A stretch of DNA of 64,000 nucleotides from Macrostomum hystrix (lineage: Eukaryota > Animalia > Platyhelminthes), in contig CATNEN010000010.1 in NCBI GenBank assembly GCA_950097015.1, forward strand, positions 3,286,001 to 3,350,000. Direction: 5' to 3'. A program made the position numbers and the translations under genes. This document shows positions 11,896-24,300 of the stretch, piece after piece (position 1 is the first letter of the stretch; each line of letters starts with the position of its first letter). The notes beneath the pieces are model-generated. The model was not told the origin of the DNA and did not search any database. It saw nothing but the letters and a program-made list of their open reading frames with translations.

Positions 11896-12734
11896 TTTTA
11901 GTCAAAAACAAGATTCGTAAAATTGATGTAAATCGAGGACAATATTCTGAAAATCGCGTCTGGCTTCGTGTTAAAGATTGAGATCAACATAGGCCATTCA
12001 AGTATATACAGTGCAGGTTCTGAGGTCATGCGTGGCCTCTCAAATCTCGCAGTCTGTCGCCCGAGTTGTCTCCAATGGCTATGCTAAAATTGGGGCTGAA
12101 TCGTCCCCATCTGACAGAGGTTGCGCAGACGGCATTCTTCATTCAGTCCGCTAATGAGCTGCCCGTATGGTCGCCTTTGATCTCCACGGGTCCACACCAT
12201 CGGAGGCTGAACTGCCGCGGCAGCTGCAGCTGACTGGCCGACTGGCTCTCGTCATCGCTCAGCGGCTCTGGCGGCGCATGTGCTAAAGAAAAACACACCA
12301 GAGACTGTAGCGCAGACCAAACTATGAAACAGACACACTCGCTCACTTAAAGAAACAGCTGGCAGCTGTGCGGATCTTTGGTTAGAAAGCGGAGCCTTTC
12401 CCAGGCGGTGGGGATAATTATCCCCCCTTCTGGTAAAATGGATTCAACAATTTTGCCCAATTCAGTCTGCTTCGCCAGCCTGTATGCTGTGGGTCAGTCT
12501 TGACAGCAGCTGGGACTGGGATATCAGGCGCGGGGATTTCAGCCGTGCAGTTGGCGCCGAGGCTCAGCGCTGCCCCGCCACAATGCTTCGATACGTTCCA
12601 TCGGCGCAAGCGCAAACGGTGAATCCCGATTGATTATTCAGCGAACAGAATAACAAATTAATTTTTATTAACAGAAACACGAGAGTTTAATGCCCATAAT
12701 CACACAATGAAGCACAGGAAAACTCCATTGGAAA

Positions 12735-13345
12735 AATCCTAGACTTCACAGATCCTAGACTTCACAGATCCTAAACTTCACAGATCCTAGACTTCACAGA
12801 TCCTAGACTTCACAGATCCTAGACTTCACAGATCCCAGACTTCACAGATCCTAGACTTCACAGATCCTAAACTTCACAGATCCTAAACTTCACAGATCCT
12901 AGACTTCACAGATCCTAGACTTCACAGATCCTAGACTTCACAGATCCTATATAGACTTCACAGATCCTAGACTTCACAGATCCTAGACTTCACAGATCCT
13001 AGACTTCACAGATCCTAGACTTCACAGATCCTAGACTTCACAGATCCTATATAGACTTCACAGATCCTAGACTTCACAGATCCTAGACTTCACAGATCCT
13101 AGACTTCACAGATCCTAGACTTCACAGATCCTAGACTTCACAGATCCTAGACTTCACAGATCCTAGACTTCACAGATCCTAGACTTCACAGATCCTAGAC
13201 TTCACAGATCCTAGACTTCACAGATCCTAGACTTCACAGATCCTAGACTTCACAGATCCTAGACTTCACAGATCCTAGACTTCACAGATCCTAGACTTCA
13301 CAGATCCTAGACTTCACAGATCCTAAACTTCACAGATCCTAAACT
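12735..13345. repeat. 16-bp minisatellite (CCTAGACTTCACAGAT)
   Basis: Tandem copies read directly. Confidence 0.95.
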
Positions 13346-14099
13346 GTCTTAAATGAAACCCAGCAGATCTGCAGAACAGGTGACCTGGTCGGTCCTTGTT
13401 AATTAAAAAGCAGTCCCGCTACCCAATAAATTTTCTGAAGCAGGCAGCTCCGGCCCCTTGGGTCGCGGCGCGTGACGTTCCGCGTTTTCTAACATCCCCG
13501 AGAGCTGCTAGTTTCCTTCGCCAGTTGCTTGGCTCTCTTATCAGCTCGGGTTAAAGACTGCGGGATCAGGCTGAAGAGAGAGACGTGACCGCAGCATTCG
13601 GATCTGACACAGCAAATTTATATTCAAATTTGAGGAGTATATAATACTTCTAAGGACTATATGCATGACCAAGCTTTCTCCCCAGCATTACAAAGCAAGC
13701 CGGTCTCTGACTGAGGAAATCTCTGGCTTCACTTTTGCCTACACAAAGTCAGACAGGAAACTGCTAATCTTCACAGTCGAGCTGTCTTCTAGGCCAAGGC
13801 TGTCCTTCTCTCAGTGGGAAATTGGAAATGCTCTATGGCCACTTCCCGGATGGTGTTAGCGGCCTGGCGCTGGTGTTGACACAGGGCAAACACTGACTGG
13901 GATTCAAATCAATCTGGAATTTTGCAGCCTATACTATGGCCTCATATTTGGCCTCACTAAAGCTCAGCTGGAGCATGGGTGCTGGGTGCGCAGGATATCT
14001 CTCTGGAATTTAATGAGGAAACTGTAGGAAGGAAGGGAGCGAAAGTTGTCAGGTGAAGACGTACGGAAGCTTATGGACATTAATAGCGACAATAGCAAG

Positions 14100-14525
14100 A
14101 GTGCTCAAATATAGGTAAAGGAAAGAAACGGAGAGAGGCGAGGAATAGAGATAGAAAAAGAGATGAGAATGAGGAGACGGACGAGAGAGGAAGAGAAAGG
14201 AGGAGACGGAAGAGAGAGGAAGAGAGAGGAAGAGAGAGGAAGAGAGAGGAGAGGAAGAGAAAGGGGGAGAAAGGAGGAGAAAGGAAGAGAGAGGAAGAGA
14301 AGGCAAGAGGGAGGAAGAGAAAGCAAGAGGGAGGAAGAGAAAGCAAGAGAGAGGAAGAGAAAGCAAGAGAGAGGAAGAGAAAGGAGGAGAAAAGAAGAGA
14401 GAGGAAGAGAGAGGAACAGAGAGGAAGAGAGAGGAAGAGAGAGGAGAGGAAGAGAAAGGAGGAGAAAGGAAGAGAGAGGAAGAGAGAGGAACAGAGAGGA
14501 AGAGAGAGGAAGAGAGAGGGGAATG
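14100..14525. repeat. GA-rich polypurine low-complexity tract
   Basis: Almost purely G/A (GAGGAAGAGA-type units); the R/E-rich and S/L/F-rich ORFs here are artefacts. Confidence 0.9.
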
Positions 14526-15727
14526 GATGAGGGGCAAGGAGAAGCATGGGCAGGTGGGTGAGACAGGGGTGCAGAGGATCAGCTGGTGTGAGGTGTCAGG
14601 CAGGTGGTGGGTGGGCTTAAAACAGGACAGGCAGACAGTTCTGAAGCAGCAATGCAAGAAATCAAAGCAATTATTATCAGGCTCAGCGGCTAACAAAATC
14701 TTCGATGGGTGGTTTTGCTGGCCACACGAGCTGCATCAGCTAATGCGGGCTGACCCAGTTGATAGCCCGGATGACACAGAGGAGTCTGCGGGAGCTGCAG
14801 GGCTGCATCATTTTTTATTGCTTTAGCGCTGAAGCAGGCCGCGCTGGCTCACTATTAGCTAAATGGGCCCAGAAACCGGACGTGTGCGGAGCGTGAGACC
14901 AGTTTGAGCGTGTTATCATCTCCTTATAATTTTGCTAAACTTGGTTCGGATTCGGATCAGCTAGCAGGGAGGTCGGTGCTAGCAGACTTAATTCTGGTCA
15001 ATTTAGGATAGCGATAGCTAATGTAAACAGTGCACCAAACAGGAAGTGAGTGATTGCATGGTTATGGCCTAATTACTACTAGTAAACCTCAATTTGCCGT
15101 CTGTTCCGCTTGTGTATATATTACAAAGACCCAGATAGCAATATAGTCTTGCTTGCCCCTGCAAGCAGCATCCATTAATGTGGCATTGGCCCCGTGTTTG
15201 GCTCCTGCAGGCTGAGCTACAAAGACCGGGGCTGGACCCCTCCGCTGTGATAATACGAGGGAGGCATTTTCGCCTTTGTGTTATTTTATAACTCCCCTAG
15301 AAAACCTAGCATTTTTAGGAAAGGTAATAAACTTTTATTACAAAGACTGCATTTCAATTAAATTTTCTATTCAATTATTGAAATGAAGGTGCTAAACTAG
15401 CTGCTAGGCGCTGGCTCCGGGTGATTGTGTATCCCGCAGGGCATAACAAAACTGAAAACGAAAACTGAATTGAAAATTCCACTGCGGGGTAAAAGCGTTT
15501 GCTTTGGTAGAAGCGACAAATGGGCCCGCGGTGCCATATTGGAACAGTATGCTTTGGCTGTTGTTGATGCGCCCAAGGGCTAGCTCGAACTCCAGTGTGC
15601 TAGCTCAGGCCCCATTTGCACTGGGTCTGTGTTGCGCAACTGTAGGCGGCAATAGCAGCTGGAAGTCTTCATTTAATTAAATTGCTTTCCAAAGCAAATT
15701 ACATCTGTTTTTCTGCCTTGCCCTTTA

Positions 15728-18560
15728 ATGGCTAGGTCTAGCTGTCCAATGGCTATGTCTAGCTGTCAAAGGGCTAGGTCTAGCTGTCAGAGGGCTAGGT
15801 TGGCTGTCAAAGGGCTAGGTCTAGCTGTCAAAGGGCTAGGTCTAGCTGTCAAAGGGCTAGGTCTAGCTGTCAAAGGGCTAGGTCTAGCTGTCAAAGGGCT
15901 AGGTCTAGCTGTCAAAGGGCTAGGTCTAGCTGTCAAAGGGCTAGGTCTAGCTGTCAAAGGGCTATGTCTAGCTGTCAAAGGGCTAGGTCTAGCTGTCAAA
16001 GGGCTAGGTTGGCTGTCAAAGGGCTAGGTCTAGCTGTCAAAGGGCTAGGTTGGCTGTCAAAGGGCTAGGTCTAGCTGTCAAAGGGCTAGGTCTAGCTGTC
16101 AAAGGGCTAGGTCTAGCTGTCAAAGGGCTATGTCTAGCTGTCAAAGGGCTAGGTCTAGCTGTCAAAGGGCTAGGTTGGCTGTCAAAGGGCTAGGTCTAGC
16201 TGTCAAAGGGCTAGGTCTAGCTGTCAAAGGGCTAGGTCTAGCTGTCAAAGGGCTGGGTTTAGCTGTCAAAGGGCTATGTCTAGCTGTCAAAGGGCTAGGT
16301 CTAGCTGTCAAAGGGCTAGGTCTAGCTGTCAAAGGGCTATGTCTAGCTGTCAAAGGGCTAGGTCTAGCTGTCAAAGGGCTAGGTTGGCTGTCAAAGGGCT
16401 AGGTCTAGCTGTCAAAGGGCTAGGTTGGCTGTCAAAGGGCTAGGTCTAGCTGTCAAAGGGCTAGGTTGGCTGTCAAAGGGCTAGGTCTAGCTGTCAAAGG
16501 GCTAGGTCTAGCTGTCAAAGGGCTAGGTCTAGCTGTCAAAGGGCTATGTCTAGCTGTCAAAGGGCTAGGTCTAGCTGTCAAAGGGCTAGGTTGGCTGTCA
16601 AAGGGCTAGGTCTAGCTGTCAAAGGGCTAGGTCTAGCTGTCAAAGGGCTAGGTCTAGCTGTCAAAGGGCTGGGTTTATCTGTCAAAGGGCTATGTCTAGC
16701 TGTCAAAGGGCTAGGTCTAGCTGTCAAAGGGCTAGGTCTAGCTGTCAAAGGGCTAGGTTGGCTGTCAAAGGGCTAGGTCTAGCTGTCAAAGGGCTAGGTC
16801 TAGCTGTCAAAGGGCTAGGTTGGCTGTCAAAGGGCTAGGTCTAGCTGTCAAAGGCTAGGTCTAGCTGTCAAAGGGCTAGGTCTAGCTGTCAAAGGGCTGG
16901 GTTTAGCTGTCAAAGGGCTATGTCTAGCTGTCAAAGGGCTAGGTCTAGCTGTCAAAGGGCTAGGTCTAGCTGTCAAAGGGCTATGTCTAGCTGTCAAAGG
17001 GCTAGGTCTAGCTGTCAAAGGGCTAGGTTGGCTGTCAAAGGGCTAGGTCTAGCTGTCAAAGGGCTAGGTTGGCTGTCAAAGGGCTAGGTCTAGCTGTCAA
17101 AGGGCTAGGTCTAGCTGTCAAAGGGCTAGGTCTAGCTGTCAAAGGGCTATGTCTAGCTGTCAAAGGGCTAGGTCTAGCTGTCAAAGGGCTAGGTTGGCTG
17201 TCAAAGGGCTAGGTCTAGCTGTCAAAGGGCTAGGTTGGCTGTCAAAGGGCTAGGTCTAGCTGTCAAAGGGCTAGGTCTAGCTGTCAAAGGGCTAGGTCTA
17301 GCTGTCAAAGGGCTATGTCTAGCTGTCAAAGGGCTAGGTCTAGCTGTCAAAGGGCTAGGTTGGCTGTCAAAGGGCTAGGTTGGCTGTCAAAGGGCTAGGT
17401 CTAGCTGTCAAAGGGCTAGGTCTAGCTGTCAAAGGGCTAGGTCTAGCTGTCAAAGGGCTGGGTTTAGCTGTCAAAGGGCTATGTCTAGCTGTCAAAGGGC
17501 TAGGTCTAGCTGTCAAAGGGCTAGGTCTAGCTGTCAAAGGGCTAGGTTGGCTGTCAAAGGGCTAGGTCTAGCTGTCAAAGGGCTAGGTCTAGCTGTCAAA
17601 GGGCTAGGTCTAGCTGTCAAAGGGCTGGGTTTAGCTGTCAAAGGGCTATGTCTAGCTGTCAAAGGGCTAGGTCTAGCTGTCAAAGGGCTAGGTCTAGCTG
17701 TCAAAGGGCTATGTCTAGCTGTCAAAGGGCTAGGTCTAGCTGTCAAAGGGCTAGGTTGGCTGTCAAAGGGCTAGGTCTAGCTGTCAAAGGGCTAGGTTGG
17801 CTGTCAAAGGGCTAGGTCTAGCTGTCAAAGGGCTAGGTCTAGCTGTCAAAGGGCTAGGTCTAGCTGTCAAAGGGCTATGTCTAGCTGTCAAAGGGCTAGG
17901 TCTAGCTGTCAAAGGGCTAGGTTGGCTGTCAAAGGGCTAGGTCTAGCTGTCAAAGGGCTAGGTTGGCTGTCAAAGGGCTAGGTCTAGCTGTCAAAGGGCT
18001 AGGTCTAGCTGTCAAAGGGCTAGGTCTAGCTGTCAAAGGGCTATGTCTAGCTGTCAAAGGGCTAGGTCTAGCTGTCAAAGGGCTAGGTTGGCTGTCAAAG
18101 GGCTAGGTTGGCTGTCAAAGGGCTAGGTCTAGCTGTCAAAGGGCTAGGTCTAGCTGTCAAAGGGCTAGGTCTAGCTGTCAAAGGGCTGGGTTTAGCTGTC
18201 AAAGGGCTATGTCTAGCTGTCAAAGGGCTAGGTCTAGCTGTCAAAGGGCTAGGTCTAGCTGTCAAAGGGCTAGGTTGGCTGTCAAAGGGCTAGGTCTAGC
18301 TGTCAAAGGGCTAGGTCTAGCTGTCAAAGGGCTAGGTCTAGCTGTCAAAGGGCTGGGTTTAGCTGTCAAAGGGCTATGTCTAGCTGTCAAAGGGCTAGGT
18401 CTAGCTGTCAAAGGGCTATGTCTAGCTGTCAAAGGGCTATGTCTAGCTGTCAAAGGGCTAGGTCTAGCTGTCAAAGGGCTATGTCTAGCTGTCAAAGGGC
18501 TAGGTCTAGCTGTCAAAGGGCTATGTCTAGCTGTCAAAGGGCTAGGTCTAGTTGTCAAAG
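15728..18560. repeat. 21/20-bp minisatellite (GTCTAGCTGTCAAAGGGCTAG), about 2.8 kb
   Basis: Tandem copies with a 20-bp GTTGGCTG variant; higher-order repetition of about 728 bp. Confidence 0.97.
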
Positions 18561-18796
18561 GGCTACTCATATCCGTCCAAGTGCTAGGTCCAGCTGTCCA
18601 GGGGCCAGGTCTAATCTGTCTAGCTACCTAACATCTGTGTGTGTTTATCAGTTTATCAGTGCTGTGTCATGTCTGATGTGTGACATGCGCATTTTATAAT
18701 AATCTTTATGCTTCGAATTCAGAGCCAAAATTCAGAAATTAATATTCACTAATTTCTAGTGAGTGATCGGATATAAAGGGCGCCATAATTAATACA

Positions 18797-18893
18797 GGGG
18801 ACTACTAAATACTTAAACAAAGTAATATTAGATCTAATACGTAATAGTAATAGTAATTCCAATAGTACTGGTTTATAGTATTTAGTAGTCCCC
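18797..18893. repeat. Short inverted repeat (MITE-like hairpin)
   Basis: GGGGACTACTAAATACT(-)TAAAC ... GTTTATAGTATTTAGTAGTCCCC, 22/23 matching. Confidence 0.55.
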
Positions 18894-19106
18894 GAAGTAA
18901 AATGTAAATTATACTCATTTGTTGCCTATGTGATAGTAGTGTGTTGTGTACTTGTCCATGATAATATACTTAACCGAATGGATAATAAACATGAAAACTT
19001 TGTCCTATTTATTTAGCACTCGCACTTACAAAAATTAAAAAACTTAATAGTTTTTTTTCTAGAATATAGGCCCTAGTATTTCAATCCTAAGTTGTCTTTG
19101 TTTCGT

Positions 19107-19189
19107 TGAGAAAGTCAGGGCAGATGTACAATGCACCTGTATGATCGTGTGCCTTGAGTACAGTAACTGTGTGCGTGGGTGCTCCCGAG
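19107..19189 (+). mobile_element. SINE family A 3' fragment
   Basis: TGAGAAAGTCAGGGCAGATGTA...GTACAGTA.CTGTGTGCGTG.GTGCTC matches the 3' half of the copy at 430-777. Confidence 0.6.
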
Positions 19190-21321
19190 TTTTTAAAAGG
19201 AGTTAAAGCATAAAAAAACAAGGCGACTTTCTCCTTAAAGCCTAACTACAGTATCTCACTGAGCAAATAGCTTCTGGCTTTGAAATGCTAAAACGTGACC
19301 AATGTGTCAAGTTAGATCGTAATAAAAATTGCTGGCCCGCGAGTTTAAATTCGGATTTATCAAAATTACTTACGATGTGACATTTTTTATAACAAAAAAA
19401 ATTTTCTTTTTGGCCTACAAGCTAACTCGCTGCTGAAGGCAAAAGTGTAAGTTTTACCGAATAAGTAAGTTAAAGTACTAAGTACCAGTAGTGGTCCTTG
19501 CTGTCGCTTTCTGAGTTCTGGGGTGAGGTAGGCCTACTTTGCTGCTCCACTATTCAGGTCCCTTCATGTATATCTGAAATGAATAGGCCCTAGGCCTAAA
19601 CTTTGTTTGAATTTCATTAGGCCTAATATTCACTTTTATCTTATGATCCCCTACACACATTTCTACACACAAGTGATTGTATTACCCTCTTTCTGCTTTT
19701 TCTTACAATCCATACCATACCTATTTCATAGGCCCTATGCTTCATAACAGTAAGGGATCGTGACACAAAGGTGAATATATAGCTCCTCTTCTTGATTTTC
19801 TCATCTATTGCTGCAATTGCTGTTGATGTTTTAGCTTTCATTAGAAATGTTTCAGAATTGAGGTGATGGCTGTTTGAATTACATTTTGAACAATACTTCT
19901 GGATCTGCATTGTTTTGTTTATTCATTTCAATAGGGATCATATGGCTTGTATAACACAATAATGCAAAACTGGGGATTGTAACACAACAATACTATAGGC
20001 ATAGGATATGCCAACTGAAACTCTTCTAGTTTACTGTAGTAAATAGTGCTTATCTTTTGATATAACATAAGGCTATATAGATTTATTAGTTTATTATTAT
20101 TCTGAGTTTAAAAGTAGGCCTAAGACATTTTTTCCTTTTAAATGTATAAGTATATTTAGGCCTACTTTAATTCAATGATCATTCATTATCTTAGCATTTT
20201 CAGTTCCAGTAACCATGAAATATAGCCATTGGCCACACAAATTACAAATAAACATGTCTTACTATTTTCAAACTCACAAACAAGATAAGAGAATTATCAA
20301 GCATTGTAACAAACCTATAAGCTTTACAAAACTATGTTGCACTTATAGAGTCAAATATAAGACACTTCTCACATGCTATCTGTGTTGCATTTATATTTTT
20401 TATTTATCATTAGTATGCTATTTTAGGAAATAGTATGCATAAAGTATGTTTTATATATAGCTGTCATTGTTTTATATATTTATAATAAAATATTTTAAAA
20501 TATTTAAATATTATTGCAATAGTGTATTTGTTTATAGCTTTAAAATTATGTTCTCAAAACCAGAGACCCAATGATGTAAAAGTATCATGAGACTAGTTAT
20601 TTGTGCTAATTTAATTGTTATACATAAAGTGTTAATTTATCCTCACTTGTCTTTAAATGAAAATTAACTATTGTCATGAAATTGCCTGTCACAAACTAAA
20701 TTTTTCTTGAGTTTGGCATTGCTTGACTCAAACTTAAACAATGCTAAAATAAGCTGTCACTGAGTTTTGTGGAAGTCTTAAGTTAGTATTTCAGATTAAA
20801 TTATACATGGGGTAAGATAAAGAAAAAAGTGCACTACAAGAGAAGACTTGAAGAGAAGTTTTAATATGTTGGCTACTTAAGTAATATATTTATATAGCAA
20901 AGAGAATACATAAGTAAATATATGACATTGCTAAATATTAAAAAGCAGAAAAATGGTTACACACCATCAAATTTGTGACAGAACATCTGATTAATTGCTT
21001 ATCATCTAGCTATAGCAGTCGAGCTTTTATAGATAAGAACAAACATAACGAAATGCAAAAAACCTTATTATGAGACTTGCTTGTGCAGCGATCAGCATCA
21101 CATTCAATAAAATATAGCACTATAAAAAGAAATATCAGAATGTTGAATAAACAACAGTCATGCAATCACACATAGTATAGTAATTTGCAGTAATTTGTGG
21201 TTATAAATTTAGTTAAGTCTCTCTTGTCAGGATGCCAGCAGTCAACACTAAACTCTGTTAACTAGATTTTGCTTTACAATTTGCAGCTCTCCAGCTGTGC
21301 ACTGCCAGCTAAAGCGAATCA

Positions 21322-24300
21322 ATGAGCGACCACAGCCTGGAAGCAGTTCTCGGCACTCCGACATCATCGTCGGCGCCAACTTGTGCTCGAACCCCCAGCT
21401 CCATCCGCACCGGCTGGTTTGTGGCCACGCCTACGCGTGTCTCCGTGCCCGGCGCCACCATCGATGTTCATGACGTGTTAGTGTTGACCCACTTCGCCAA
21501 GCAGCCGCTGGTGGACTTTGGCCGAGTGCCGATGGGCCGCCTGGCCACTCAGCGGCTGCTCATCCAGAATCCGCACGCCTACGATCAGGAGGTGCGCATC
21601 AGCCGCCTGCCCGGCGAAAAGTGTGGCATCGCCTGCGTCGAGCAGGAGTTTGTTGTCAACGCCGAGGGCGAGTACATGCTCACGCTGACCTGGACTCCGC
21701 AGCGGCCTGGTGGCATGCGCGAGCTGGCCGCATTCCGCGTTGGCGACGTCTACAATCTGCAGGCGGTGCTGCTGGGCATGGCTGTGGAGGTCCCAGCCGC
21801 CAGCCATGGCAGGAAGCGGAAGACCTGGGTGGAGCAGCGGCTGGCGGGGAAGGAGAACGATGGCGATGACAACGCAGCCGCTGTGCCATCGCCAGTGTTC
21901 AACGTGGCCAAGGCTCGCCTAGCTTCCGGTCCCGGCGGCTTATCTAGACGCCTGCAGACCTCCTTGATGCTGCCAGCGACGCCGGAGGAGGCACCGTTGG
22001 TGACGTCAACTTCGTCAGTTTCAGTTAGCGACGCTACGGTGGCGGCCAGTAAGAAGCCGCGCCTAGCCGAAGTTTCATTCAGCGGCAGCGGCGGCAGCGC
22101 GGCTTCCAGTCTGCTTTCGCATCTACTGCACTCCAGACTGGCTGCTCGGCTGCGGCCGAAGCACCATCCGGAGAGTCCGGTGGAACGATTCCGCCGGCGG
22201 CACAGTCTGCGCAGCACCCTGACTGGCCGGTTCGCGTCCTCCGCTGCTTCTGCAGCGAGAACTTCTGCCGCGGCTGCGGCGGCTTCACCGTCCGAGCAGG
22301 CGATCAGCAGCCCGCTGAGCGGTCGCATTGTTAAGCGTCGAAAGTCGAATAGAGCGCGAGTCAACGCGTCGACTGCGGCAGCGTCCGTGGCCGGATCCGC
22401 CGTTAAGTGCATTGTCGAGTCGCCCTCGGCCACCTTAGTCGACGCGTCCGATTTGAGCGGCCTGTCCATGCTGGCTCCGACAACTCCAAAGGCATCGACA
22501 GCTGCTTCGATGACCGCGGCGGAGCAGCGAAGCTGCAGCACCTACTATGATGAGCGCTGGCGGGAGAAACAGGTGAGTTGCAATTTGTGTCCTTTACCAA
22601 GACACTTAACTCTGCCTTGATTCAGTTCACCAGCTGTTAAAAGGGTACCAGCATCAGCTGGGGTAATTGAGGGTGAGTGTGGCGCCCCGAGTCCATGGAC
22701 TGAACAGCCGTACGCAGCCTTCAGATGCGCTGCGCAATAGCTGCAGCTGTGCTGTCAGCTGCACATCTGGCCCACTTAGGGCAGTTGTAATAAAAAGTGA
22801 TATTTTTATTAATTAATATTAAGTGGTGGATTGACAGTTGATGGGATTGATTTTAAAGTGGCGATCGAGAGGTGATTAAAATGAGTTGGTGGTTTGACAG
22901 TCGAGTGAGATATTTAAGTGACGGACAACAGGATCAAAGGCAAATAGGTAAATTCCACAGAAATTCCTGCGTGTTTCCTTCAGGAGTTCGGTCTGCAGCA
23001 GTGGCTGAACTACTTGCTGACGCCCGGACTGGCTCTGCGCTGCTGCCAGGGCGAGGAGCCGGCACCACCGGCGTCGACAGCCAACTCTGTCGCCGATGTG
23101 ACCGCAGTAGCCGCTGGCGCAACCACCGGGCCAGCGCCAACCAAGGAGGCCATGTCGCTGCGCGCCTATGCCGACTTTCGCGCCCTGGCAGCCCTGCGCA
23201 GCCGAGGTCGACGGCTGATCGGCTGCGAGAGCTTCGTGTCCGTGATCTGCCGCGTTGAGCGAGAGGTAATGCTTGAGCGGATTCAGAGATCCTCAGATTC
23301 TTCCGAAATTCTGATCCCATTGGCCTATTTCCAGATTAGGCCAAGCCCAGATCCAGATTCTACATTTATTCTAGATCCTCAGATTCCGCCTGATCCCACA
23401 TTTCCGCATTCTGCCTGATCCCACATTTCCAGATTCTGCCTGATCCCACATTTCCGCATTCTGTCTGATCCCTCATTTCCAGATTCTGTATGATTCCACA
23501 TTTACAGATTCCGCCTGATCCCACATTTCCGGATTCTGTCTGATCCCACATTTCCGGATTCCGCCTAATCCCACATTTCCGGATTCTGTCTGATCCCACA
23601 TTTCCGGATTCCGCCTGATCCCTCATTTCCGGATTCTGTCTGATCCCTCATTTCCGGATTCTGTCTGATCCCTCATTTCCGGATTCTGTCTGATCCCTCA
23701 TTTCCGGATTCTGTCTGATCCCACATTTCCGCATTCTGTCTGATCCCTCATTTCCAGATTCTGTCTGATCCCACATTTCCGGATTCCGCCTAATCCCAAA
23801 TTTCCGGATTCTGTCTGATCCCTCATTTCCGGATTTCGCCTGATCCCTCATTTCCGGATTCTGTCTGATCCCTCATTTCCGGATTCTGTCTGATCCCTCA
23901 TTTCCGGATTCCGCCTGATCCCAGATTTCCGGATCTGTCTGATCCCTCATTTCTGGATTCTGTCTGATCCCACATTTCCGGATTCTGTCTGATCCCACAT
24001 TTCCGGATTCTGTCTGATCCCTCATTTCCGGATTCTGTCTGATCCCTCATTTCCGGATTCTGTCTGATCCCTCATTTCCGGATTCCGCCTGACCCCACAT
24101 TTCCGGATTCCGCCTGACCCCACATTTCCGGATTCTGTCTGATCCCACATTTCCGGATTCTGTCTGATCCCTCATTTCCGGATTCCGCCTGACCCCACAT
24201 TTCCGGATTCTGCCTGATCCCACATTTCCGGATTCTGTCTGATCCCTCATTTCCGGATTCCGCCTGCTTCCTGATCCCTGATTCCCAAACGCTTTCTACG

